A DNA stretch of 64,000 bases from an uncultured Acidobacteriota bacterium (GTDB lineage Bacteria > Acidobacteriota > Thermoanaerobaculia > Multivoradales > SZUA-115). This document shows positions 28,247 through 40,951 of this stretch, in pieces (position 1 is the first letter of the stretch; the number at the start of each line of letters is the position of its first letter). The position numbers were made by a program, and so were the translations under genes. Where the stretch lies: positions 480,001 to 544,000 of the forward strand of contig CAWDVR010000001.1 of NCBI GenBank assembly GCA_963805975.1, in the 5' to 3' direction. The notes beneath the pieces are model-generated. The model ran no database searches and was not told the origin of the DNA. It saw nothing but the letters and a program-made list of their open reading frames with translations.

Positions 28247-29815
28247 CTACCGCTGCAGAAACTCCTCCACCGGCACCACCACCACCTTCGCCGGGTTGAT
28301 GCGCAGCGGGTACTTTTCGATCTCCTCGTCCTCGGCCAGCACTGCCGCCGGCTTCTCGTCGGGGTAGGCCATCGGGCTCGGGGTGTCGGCGACCAGGGCC
28401 GTCTTCAAGGCCTCGGCATCGCCGGTGACGATGGCGATCTTCAGGTTCTCGGTCCTGAAGTGGCGCTTCAGCGCGGCGTTCACCTCGTCGCGGGTGAGGG
28501 AGGCCATGGCGGACTCGAACCGCGCCAGGTGCCCGCCGCCGTCGAGGCCATAGAAACGATCGTCGAGCGCGTAGCCCAGCCGCTCGGCCGTGGTCTCGGC
28601 GAAGTGGAGCACGTACTTGGCGAGGAACGAGCGGGTGAGCTGGAACTCCTCCTCGCTCATGCCGCCCGACACCAGGTCCTCGAGCTCGCGCACCGCGGCG
28701 CGCAGGGCGAAATGGGCGTTCTCGTTCGGCAGGGTGCGGATCCAGACCTCGAAGAGCTGCCGCCGCCGGGGCACGTTGACGGGCGGCACGTTGCGGCCGC
28801 CGCCTTCCGGGAAGACCTCGACGTAGGAGTAGTCGCCGTAGTTCATGCCCCGCGCTTCGCGGATCACCTGGTAGAGATGGCTCGCGGTGTTGCGATGCTC
28901 GCCGAGCCAGGAGTTGGCGAGCCACAGGGCGTAGAAGTCGCGCTCGCCGCGGTGCACTTCGAGCGGGAAGCCGAAGCTGATCGAGGCGTCCGCCCCCGGC
29001 TTCGAGACCAGCAGCAGCTCGCGGCCGGCGATCGGCGGCGGCACCGGTGCGGGAGCGGGAGACGGGGCGCCCTCGGGCAGCCGTGCCACCGCGGCCGCGA
29101 GCTCGGCGACCAGCTCCTGCGGATAGCTTCCGCCGAGCGCCACCTCGGCGCTGCCGCGGGTGAACCGCGCCCGATAGAACGACTTGACGTCGTCGAGCGT
29201 GATCGAGGCCACGCCTTCGACCGTGCCCTGCGGCGGGTGGGCGTAGGGCGTGCCGGTGAAGACGAAGCCGTGGAGCGCCGCCTTGCCCAGCTCCTCGTCC
29301 GAGGAGAAGCGCAGCGTCTTTTCGAGGAAGCTCTTCTGGCTGGCCTGCAGGCGCTCGAAGTCCGCGGCGTCGAAGCGCGGTGCGAGGAAGGCCTCGGTGA
29401 AGAGGCCGGTGTAGGCCGCGAGGTTGTCGCGGTGGGCGCGGCCGGTGAACGTCACCCGCTCCTTGTCCACCCGCACGTCGTAGGTCGCGGCCAGCGGGTA
29501 GAGGGCGGCCAGGATCTCCTGGTAGGAACGGCTCCGGGTGCCGCCCTTGGCGAGCAGCGAGGCGGTGAGATAGGTGAGGCCCTCCTTGCCCTGGGGATCG
29601 TCCTGGGAGCCGACGGCGAAGGAGACGGCGAACGCGGTGGTGGGGTCGTCCGGCACCGGCAGCAGCACCGGCCCCGCGGCGGAGCTCGGTCCTCCGGTGG
29701 CCGGGCGTCCGGGGGCCGGGGAGCCGGCGGTCCGGCCCCCGGAGGAGGAGCAGGAGACAGCGACGCCGAGGAGGGCGGTGGTCGCGAGCATCAGCAGCAG
29801 GGTCTTGGTGGTCAC
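28247..29815 (-). CDS. M16 peptidase non-catalytic subunit, predicted lipoprotein
   Basis: GTG start overlaps the upstream stop; signal ending GVAVSC; GSQDDPQGKEGLTYLTASLL lacks HXXEH; LYQVIREARGMNYG. Confidence 0.85.
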   Translation of the reverse strand: MTTKTLLLMLATTALLGVAVSCSSSGGRTAGSPAPGRPATGGPSSAAGPVLLPVPDDPTTAFAVSFAVGSQDDPQGKEGLTYLTASLLAKGGTRSRSYQEILAALYPLAATYDVRVDKERVTFTGRAHRDNLAAYTGLFTEAFLAPRFDAADFERLQASQKSFLEKTLRFSSDEELGKAALHGFVFTGTPYAHPPQGTVEGVASITLDDVKSFYRARFTRGSAEVALGGSYPQELVAELAAAVARLPEGAPSPAPAPVPPPIAGRELLLVSKPGADASISFGFPLEVHRGERDFYALWLANSWLGEHRNTASHLYQVIREARGMNYGDYSYVEVFPEGGGRNVPPVNVPRRRQLFEVWIRTLPNENAHFALRAAVRELEDLVSGGMSEEEFQLTRSFLAKYVLHFAETTAERLGYALDDRFYGLDGGGHLARFESAMASLTRDEVNAALKRHFRTENLKIAIVTGDAEALKTALVADTPSPMAYPDEKPAAVLAEDEEIEKYPLRINPAKVVVVPVEEFLQR

Positions 29816-31161
29816 GGGGTCGCTCCTCGCAGGATGCCGACCGTGCGGCGGCCGGGAGTGAGGAAGCGGCGGGCGGCTGCCTGCACGTCCTCCGGGGTGA
29901 CGGCGTCGAGCGTCGCGAACTGGGTCTCGAGGGCCTCGAGGCCGCCCGGCGCAGCGCCCCCCGTCAGGGCCAGGGTCCGCGCCAGGGCGCGGGCCACGCG
30001 GCCGGGCGTGTCGAGGTTCATCAGGAAGGTGTAGCGCTGGCGCGACTTGATCTCGGCGAGGCGCCGGGGATCGGGAGGCGTCGCCTGCAGGCGGGCGATG
30101 GTCTCCTCGATCGCGGTCTCGACCTGGCCGAGCTTGGCCTCGTCCTTCACCACGGCGATCAGGTCGAAGAGGCCGGGGTCGCGGCTGGCACCGCTCTCGG
30201 CGGAGAGCGTCTCGACGCTCTGCTCGTCGAGGACCAGCCGCCGGTAGAGGTCGCTGGTCTCGCCGAAGGCCAGCTCGGCGAGGAGCGAGAGCGCGGCCAT
30301 CGGGCGGCTCGCCGGGTCGAAGCGGTCCTCCTTGTAGGACAGCCAGAGGATGGGGAGCGTCTGCCCGGCGAAGCTCACCTCGAGCCGCCGCTCCGCGGTC
30401 TGCTCGGGCTCCGCCGGCACCCGCGGCGCCGCCAGGCCGGGCTTCCAGGCTTCGTAGTGCTTGCGGATGAGGGCCACCGTGGGCTCCACCTCCACGTCGC
30501 CGGTCACCAGCACCACACAGTTCTCCGGCCGGTAGAAGCGGGAGAAGAAGCCCTTCGAGTAGTCGAACATCGTGGGCATGGCCGCGATGTCCGCTTCGAA
30601 GCCGATGGTGGTGTGGCCGTAGGTGTGGGCAGTGAAGGCCTTGGCACGGAGCGCCTCGTAGAGCACGAAGAACGGGCTGCTCTTGGACTTCCGGTATTCC
30701 CCGTAGACGGCGCCGGCCTCGGTCTTGAAGGCGGTCTCCGGGTAGGCGAGGTTCATGAAGCGGTCGCTCTCGATGTCGACGGCGAGCGGCAGGTCCGCGG
30801 CGGCGATGCCCATGTAGTAGCCGGTGTAGTCGTCCCAGGTGGCGGCGTTGGCGTCGGCCCCCATCTCGGTGAGCTTGCCGTTGTAGACCTCGGCCGGGTA
30901 CTTCTCGGTGCCGCGGTACATCATGTGCTCGAAGAAGTGGGCGAAGCCGGAGTGCCCGGCCTCCACCTCGTCCCGCGAGCCGGTGCGCACGATCGTCCAG
31001 TAGGAGACGAGGCCTCCAGAGCTCATCGGGATGACGATGACGGTGAGGCCGTTGTCGAGCTTCGTGGTGTGCGCCGGGTAGGGAAAGAGCCGCGCCGCGT
31101 GGGCGGCCGGGGCCGTCCCGACGAGGGTGGCGAGGGCGGCCAGCAAGGCGATCTTGGTCAA
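29812..31161 (-). CDS. M16 zinc peptidase catalytic subunit, secreted
   Basis: TTG after GAGGAGG; LDNGL, SGFAHFFEHMMYRGT (HXXEH), ANAAT, YRPEN. Confidence 0.92.
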   Translation of the reverse strand: MTKIALLAALATLVGTAPAAHAARLFPYPAHTTKLDNGLTVIVIPMSSGGLVSYWTIVRTGSRDEVEAGHSGFAHFFEHMMYRGTEKYPAEVYNGKLTEMGADANAATWDDYTGYYMGIAAADLPLAVDIESDRFMNLAYPETAFKTEAGAVYGEYRKSKSSPFFVLYEALRAKAFTAHTYGHTTIGFEADIAAMPTMFDYSKGFFSRFYRPENCVVLVTGDVEVEPTVALIRKHYEAWKPGLAAPRVPAEPEQTAERRLEVSFAGQTLPILWLSYKEDRFDPASRPMAALSLLAELAFGETSDLYRRLVLDEQSVETLSAESGASRDPGLFDLIAVVKDEAKLGQVETAIEETIARLQATPPDPRRLAEIKSRQRYTFLMNLDTPGRVARALARTLALTGGAAPGGLEALETQFATLDAVTPEDVQAAARRFLTPGRRTVGILRGATP

Positions 31162-31346
31162 GGTTTCCTCCTCGCTCGCGGGGTGACCGAATCCTGGCTC
31201 GGAAGGAGGCCCGCGGCGGGCGGGATGATATCCGAGCGGCGCCCGGCAAGGCCCTGTCGTAGGCGGCGCGAGCACCGGTAACCGCAAGCACCGGCACGGT
31301 TTTGCGGCCTTTTCGGCCCTCTTCGCCATGCTACGATCGCGCGGCC

Positions 31347-32732
31347 ATGGAAGAGACCGCCGCCCGCCGGCTCGACCGCCTGACGGACATGCTGCGCAAG
31401 CTGGTGCGGCGCGCCGCGCGGCCCAATCTGTCGAAGCTCCTGGGCAAGCTGCGGCCGGGGGACGTGGCCATTGCGCTCCGCGCGATGACCCCGGCCGAGC
31501 GCTTCGCCGTCTTCCGCGTGCTGATCGAGGACTACCCGGACGCGGCCGGCGACGTGCTGACCGATCTCGAGACCTCGCAGCGCATCGAACTGCTCGAGAA
31601 GCTCGAGCTCCCGGAGATCGCCGGCATCCTGCGGCGCCTGGCGGTCGACGACGCGGTGTTCCTCGTCGATTCGCTGCCCTCGGACCTGCGCGAGAAAGTG
31701 CTCGAGCTGGTCGACCTGCAGCGCGACCTGGAAGACGTCCAGACCCAGCTCGCCTACGAGGAGGCCACCGCCGGCCGCCTGATGGACACGGCGTTCTTCG
31801 CCCTGCCGGACAGCACCACCGTGGCCGAGGCGATCGCCGCCATCCAGGGCCAGGAGCAGGTGGAGATGATCTTCTATCTCTACGTGGTGGACGGCCAGGG
31901 CCGGCTGGCGGGCGTGACCTCGCTGCGGCAGCTCCTGCTCTCGAACCCCAAGCGAACGCTCGGCGAGATCATGCAGAGCGACGTGATCCAGGCCCATACC
32001 TCGACCGACCAGGAAGAGGTGGCGCAGCTCGCGGCGCGCTACGACCTGCTGGCCATCCCGGTGGTCGACGTGACCAACAAGCTGGTGGGCATCGTCACCG
32101 TCGACGACATCGTGGACGTGGTCAAGGAGGAGGCGACCGAAGACCTGTTCAAGATGGTGGGCTCCTCGGCCGACGAGCTGCTGTACCAGGACCGCTCGTG
32201 GCGCGTGGCCGGCATCCGGCTGCCTTGGCTGCTGGTCAACCTGGTGGGCGGCCTGGTCACCGGCCTGCTCCTCGCCCGCTTCCAGATCGCCTTCCACGAA
32301 GCCCTGTTCCTGCTCGCCTTCGTGCCGGTGATCATGGGCACCGGGGGCAACGGCGGCACGCAGACCTCGACCATCACCGTGCGCGGCCTCGCCACCGGCC
32401 GGCTCGAGCTCGGCAAGGGCAGGATCCTGCCGTTCCTCTTCCAGCAGGTGAAGGTGGGGGCCTTCCTCGGCCTCGCCACCGGCGTGGTGGTGGGCTGCGT
32501 GGCCGTGGCCCTGCGCTCGAACGTGTACTACGGCCTGGTGGTGGGCTCGGCGCTGTTCTGCGCCCTGATCCTGTCGTCGCTGAACGGCGCCCTCATCCCC
32601 ATCCTGTTCCAGAAGATCGGCGTCGACCCGGCGATCGCGGCCGGCCCGCTGGTCACCACCTCGAGCGACATCACCGGCATCCTGGTCTACTTCGCGCTCG
32701 CCGGCCTGATGATCGATCACCTGATCCACTAG
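31347..32732 (+). CDS. mgtE: magnesium transporter MgtE
   Basis: N-domain, CBS pair (GIVTVDD), RLPWL, GNGGTQ, DPAIAAGPLVTTSSDITG. Confidence 0.95.
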   Translation: MEETAARRLDRLTDMLRKLVRRAARPNLSKLLGKLRPGDVAIALRAMTPAERFAVFRVLIEDYPDAAGDVLTDLETSQRIELLEKLELPEIAGILRRLAVDDAVFLVDSLPSDLREKVLELVDLQRDLEDVQTQLAYEEATAGRLMDTAFFALPDSTTVAEAIAAIQGQEQVEMIFYLYVVDGQGRLAGVTSLRQLLLSNPKRTLGEIMQSDVIQAHTSTDQEEVAQLAARYDLLAIPVVDVTNKLVGIVTVDDIVDVVKEEATEDLFKMVGSSADELLYQDRSWRVAGIRLPWLLVNLVGGLVTGLLLARFQIAFHEALFLLAFVPVIMGTGGNGGTQTSTITVRGLATGRLELGKGRILPFLFQQVKVGAFLGLATGVVVGCVAVALRSNVYYGLVVGSALFCALILSSLNGALIPILFQKIGVDPAIAAGPLVTTSSDITGILVYFALAGLMIDHLIH

Positions 32733-32753
32733 GGTCGGGTCACCGGGCCGCCG

Positions 32754-33518
32754 TTGCGCACCGTCGCCGCCCCCGCGCTCCTGCTCGACGTCTTCGACCT
32801 CCACGACCGCGACCGGGTGGTCACCTTCCTGACCGCCGAGCACGGCAAGAAGCGAGGGGTTGCACGGGGCGCGCGCCGCAAGTACAGTCGCTTCTCCGGC
32901 CGCCTGCAACCCCTGTCCAAGGTGCGCATCGCCTGGTTCGAGAAGGACGGCCGGGACCTGGTGCGGATCGAGGACGCGGACCTGCTGCGGCCCGCCACCC
33001 GCTTTCAATCGACGCTGGAGGGGATCCTGCTGTCTGCCGTCATGGCCGATCACATGCTCGAGTTCGCCCAGGAGAACGAGGCCAGCGGCCCGTTCTTCCG
33101 GCTGCTCGACTCGAGCCTCGCAGCGCTCGAGGAAGGCGCCGCGCTGAACCTCGCGGCGCGCTACTACGAGACCTGGGTGCTGCGCCTGGCGGGGATCTTC
33201 CCGGCGCCGCGGGAGTGCCCGCTCTGCGGGCGCGAGCTCTCGGCCGAGGAGCCTGCCGCCCTGGCCGCCGCCGGTGACGCGCTGGTCTGCACGCGCTGCG
33301 CCGGCTCCGGGGCCGAACGGGTGAGCGCGATGGCGCTCACCTTCCTGCGCCGCTCGGCCCGCGAGAGCCTGCCGGCGATTGCCGCGACGCCTCCCTCCCG
33401 CGAGGCGCTCGCCGAGGTCGAGCAGGTCGCCGGCAAGGTGCGCCGCGCCTTCCTCGGCCACGAGCTCAAGAGCTACCAGGTGCTGCGGCAGACGCTGGGC
33501 ACGACCGCCTTGCCGTAG
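32754..33518 (+). CDS. recO: DNA repair protein RecO
   Basis: [23 protein letters not shown]; Zn finger CPLC...CTRC; upstream of glyQ. Confidence 0.9.
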   Translation: MRTVAAPALLLDVFDLHDRDRVVTFLTAEHGKKRGVARGARRKYSRFSGRLQPLSKVRIAWFEKDGRDLVRIEDADLLRPATRFQSTLEGILLSAVMADHMLEFAQENEASGPFFRLLDSSLAALEEGAALNLAARYYETWVLRLAGIFPAPRECPLCGRELSAEEPAALAAAGDALVCTRCAGSGAERVSAMALTFLRRSARESLPAIAATPPSREALAEVEQVAGKVRRAFLGHELKSYQVLRQTLGTTALP

Positions 33519-33537
33519 AGCCAACTCCGAGGACCCC

Positions 33538-34456
<919 letters not shown>

Positions 34457-34464
<8 letters not shown>

Positions 34465-36580
34465 GCCGCCGGCACAGAAGACGGGCGGCGAGCTGCTGCT
34501 CGAGGTGAGGGCCGAGGAGATCCCGGCGCGGATGCTGGAGCCGGCGGTCAAGGAGCTCGCGACCCGGCTCTTCGAGGAGCTGGTGGCGAGGAGCCTGGCG
34601 CCCCGGGAGGTCGAGACCGGCTTCACGCCGCGGCGCCTGCTGTTGGTGCTCCAGGGCCTGCCGGAGCGCGAGCCGGACAGCGAGGAGCGGCTGGTGGGCC
34701 CGCCGGTGCGCGCGGCCTTCGCGGCCGACGGCTCGCCCACGCCGGCCCTCACCGGCTTCGCGCGCCGCTGCGGCGTCGAGCCCGAAGCGCTGGAACGGAT
34801 CTCGACCGAGAAGGGGGAGTACCTCTCCTACCGGCAGAAGAAGACGGGCCAGGCCATGGCCGAGGTGCTGGCCGAGGTGGTGCCCAGGCTCCTGGCCGGC
34901 CTCTCGTGGCCCAAGAGCATGGTCTGGGGCGACGGCCACGGCCCGTGGGCGCGGCCGGTGCACGGCCTGGTGGCGCTGCTCGACGGCGAGGTGGTGCCGA
35001 TGACCCTCTTCGGCGTCGCCTCCGGGCGGACGACGGTGGGCCACCCGGTGCTCTCGCCGGAACCGTTCGAGGTGACGAGCGCCGCCGACTATCGCTCCCA
35101 GCTCGCCTCCCGCGGCGTGGTGCCCTCGCCCGGTAAGCGTCGCGAGGCGCTCCTCGAAGCGATGAGCGGTGCCGCGTCCGCGCTCGGCGGCACCCTGGTG
35201 GAGGACCCGCCGCTGCTCTCCAAGCTGGCGGCGATCTGCGAGATCCCCGGCCTCATCCACGGCAGCTTCGACGAGGCCTTCCTCGAGCTGCCGCGCGAGG
35301 TGCTGGTCACCAGCCTGCGGGACCACCAGAGCGCCTTCACGGTGGAGAAGGACGGCGCGCTCCTGCCGGCCTTCCTGACGGTGATGGACCGGCCGGACGA
35401 CCCCATCGGCCGGGTGCGCGGCGGCAACGAGTGGGTGGTGGCGGCCCGCCTCGCCGATGCGCGTTTCTTCTTCCACGAGGACGGCAAGCGGACCCTTCTC
35501 GAGCGGCAGCCGGCCCTCGAGCACCTGAGCTTCCACGCCGCGCTGGGCAGCTACGCGGCCAAGGGCGAGCGCGTGGAGCGGCTCGCCGCGCGGCTCTGCG
35601 AGACCCTCGGCTGGGAGGATCTCGTCCCCGCCGCCCGCGAAGCGGCGCGCCTTCTCAAGGTGGACCTGACGACCGAGATGGTCAAGGAGTTCACCTCGCT
35701 CCAGGGCGTGATGGGCGGCCTCTACGCGCGCGCCCAGGGGCACGGCGAAGACGTCTGGCAGGCGATCTACGACCAGTATCTCCCGGCCTCGATGGAGGAT
35801 TCGCTGCCGCGCGGCCCGGTGGGGCAGGCGGTGGCGCTCGCCGACCGTCTCGACACCCTGGTCGGCATGTTCGGCCTGGGGCTGGTGCCCTCCGGCAGCC
35901 GCGACCCCTTCGGCCTGCGGCGCGCTGCCCAGGGCGCGGTCCGCATCTGCCTGGAAAAGGAGCTGCCGCTCAACCTCGGAGCCGCCCTGCAAGAGGCCGC
36001 GGCGCTCTACGAGGGCAAGACCAAAGTGCCGGCGGAGAAGCTAGCCTCGACGCTGCGCTCGTTCCTGGACGACCGCATCCGCTACGTACTCGGCACCGAA
36101 GGCTACGCCTACGACGAGATCGAGGCCGCGCTCGCCGCGGGTGGAAAGGATCTGCCGGACCTGAAGCGCCGCGTGGACGCGCTCCACAAGGTGCGCGAGA
36201 GCAAGGACTTCCTCTCGCTGGTGCTGGCGGCGAAGCGCATTGCCAACATCGTGAAGGACGCGCCACAGGGTCTCGTCGAGGAGAGCGCGCTCCGCGAGCC
36301 GGCGGAGCAAGCGCTCCACGCCGCCCTCCTCGCCGCCGCGGCGGAGGTGGAGGCCGCCGCCGCGGCCGGCGACTACGAGCGCTCGCTGGCGGGAGCGGCC
36401 GGTTTGGCGGGGGACCTCGACCGCTTCTTCGTCGAGGTGATGGTGATGGTGGAGGACGAGGCGCTGCGTAGGAACCGGATCGCGCTCCTCCAGGCGGTGG
36501 AGCGCGTGGCCAACGGCACCGCGAAGCTGACCGAGATGGTGGTCGACCGCGCCGAGCATCGCGCAAAGCACGGATCGTAG
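34457..36580 (+). CDS. glyS: glycine--tRNA ligase beta subunit
   Basis: [46 protein letters not shown]. Confidence 0.96.
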
Positions 36581-36605
36581 TTTCTAGGACCTGTAGGGGA
36601 GACTC

Positions 36606-39332
<2,727 letters not shown>

Positions 39333-39365
39333 AGCTGCTAGGCTCAGGGCCGAGGATCTAGGACG

Positions 39366-39785
39366 ATGGGAGTCGTCGAGGAAGTAGCGACCCGCGTGGC
39401 ACCGGTAGCCGCTGCTCACCCGGAGGTTCTCGGCCTCTACCTCTTCGGGTCCCACGTTCGAGGCGACGCGCACCCCTCCTCGGACGTGGACCTCGGCGCG
39501 TTGCTCAGCCGCAAGCCCGACCTACAACATCTGGTGCGGCTGGAGAACGAGCTCGAGGAAGCCGTTGGGCGCAAGGTCGATCTCGTCGACGCGGGCTCAT
39601 GCGGCCCGTTCCTGGCGCTGGACATCATCCGGGGCGAGCGGATCTACGAAGGCGACGGCCTGGCCTGCGACGAGTTCGATCTCTACGTGATGCGGCGGGC
39701 CGGCGACTTGTGGCCTTTCGAGCAAGAGCGGCGCAGGATGCTGCTCGATCCCCGTCGGCAGCCGAGCGCAAGGAGCGGTGCTTGA
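39366..39785 (+). CDS. mntA: MntA-like minimal nucleotidyltransferase antitoxin
   Basis: YLFGSHVRGDAHPSSDVDL (GSX10DXD), RKVDLV. Confidence 0.88.
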   Translation: MGVVEEVATRVAPVAAAHPEVLGLYLFGSHVRGDAHPSSDVDLGALLSRKPDLQHLVRLENELEEAVGRKVDLVDAGSCGPFLALDIIRGERIYEGDGLACDEFDLYVMRRAGDLWPFEQERRRMLLDPRRQPSARSGA

Positions 39786-40240
39786 CGCGAGGCCACGTCC
39801 GCGAAGTGATCGTCTCTGCCAAGGTGGAGCTGATCGACCAGATGCTGGCCCGAATCGAGAGCTTGCCCTTGCAGAGCCTCGAGGCCTTCGTTGGCGATGT
39901 CAACTTGCCGGCGGCCGGGGAGTCCTACCTGCGGCGGGCACTCGAGGCGTTGCTGGATCTGGCTCGCCACGTGCTGGCGAAGGGATTCGGCGTCCCGGCG
40001 GCGGAGTACAAGGAGATTCCGAGGAAGCTCGGAGAGCTCGGTGTCCTCGAAGCCGGCGCCACCGCGCTGCTCACCGAGATGGCCGGCTACCGCAACCGGC
40101 TGGTCCACTTCTACGACGAGGTCAAGGTCGAGGAGCTTTTCCACATCCTCTCGGAGAAGAAGGGCGATGTCCGTAGTGTCCTAACGGAGCTCCTGGAGTG
40201 GATGGACGAGCACCCCGAGCGTGTGGAACGGTCGCCATGA
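39782..40240 (+). CDS. hepT: HepT-like HEPN ribonuclease toxin (DUF86)
   Basis: MAGYRNRLVHFY (RX4HXY); TTG start overlaps the MNT stop. Confidence 0.88.
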   Translation: MTRGHVREVIVSAKVELIDQMLARIESLPLQSLEAFVGDVNLPAAGESYLRRALEALLDLARHVLAKGFGVPAAEYKEIPRKLGELGVLEAGATALLTEMAGYRNRLVHFYDEVKVEELFHILSEKKGDVRSVLTELLEWMDEHPERVERSP

Positions 40241-40256
40241 CTAGATCTGACAACCC

Positions 40257-40874
40257 ATGAGCTCCTTTTCCTCGAGCGAATTGCAGGTTCTCCGCAAACT
40301 GAAGACCCCCGCCCAGGTCCAGGCTTTCCTCGACGGCCTCGAGTACAGCGCCGACCACTTCTATCGCTCGCCGCGCGCCGTGATGCGCGACGGCAAGGCG
40401 CACTGTGCGGACGGCGCGCTGTTCGGGGCCGCGGCCCTGCGGCGGTTGGGGCACCGGCCGCTGATCCTCAACCTGCTGCCCAACGGGCGCGACGACGAGC
40501 ACCTGCTGGCCATCTTTAGCATCGAGGGCCTGTGGGGCGCGGTCTCGAAGTCGAACTTCTCCGGCCTGCGCTTCCGCGAGCCCGTGTACCGGACGCTCCG
40601 AGAGCTGGCCATGTCCTACTTCGAGAGCTACTACAACGTGGCCCGGGAGAAGACCCTGCGCGGCTACCGCGCACCGCTCGACCTCGCCCGCTTCGATCAC
40701 CTCGACTGGGAGACCTCCGAAGAGCACCTCGAAGAGGTCATCAACCAGACCGACACCAAGCGCCGCTTCGACCTCGTGCCCAAGCGAATCGAGCGCCGCC
40801 TGACTTTGGTCGATGTCCGCTCCTACGAGGCGGGGTTGATGGGCGCGAACTACGCGGGACTCTTCAAACCCTAG
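40257..40874 (+). CDS. hypothetical protein, possible transglutaminase-like Cys/His enzyme
   Basis: TPAQVQAFL, SPRAV, AHCADGALF, DDEHLLA, WGAVSKSN, REPVYR. Confidence 0.7.
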   Translation: MSSFSSSELQVLRKLKTPAQVQAFLDGLEYSADHFYRSPRAVMRDGKAHCADGALFGAAALRRLGHRPLILNLLPNGRDDEHLLAIFSIEGLWGAVSKSNFSGLRFREPVYRTLRELAMSYFESYYNVAREKTLRGYRAPLDLARFDHLDWETSEEHLEEVINQTDTKRRFDLVPKRIERRLTLVDVRSYEAGLMGANYAGLFKP

Positions 40875-40884
40875 CGGAATGGCA

Positions 40885-40923
40885 AGGCCGGCGTTTCTCC
40901 GCTCGCGGGAGTCGCGCCGGCCT
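40885..40923. terminator. GC-rich hairpin between convergent genes
   Basis: AGGCCGGCG...CGCCGGCCT 9-bp outer stem; no U-tract. Confidence 0.45.
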
Positions 40924-40951
40924 CGTGATGCGGGTCCCAGGGCTCACCTAC

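Noticed and set aside
28247-31297. 1016-aa ORF as a single fused M16 peptidase
   Set aside because: The N-terminal half is off-frame noise. The second gene has its own GTG (29815) and signal peptide overlapping the first gene's stop.
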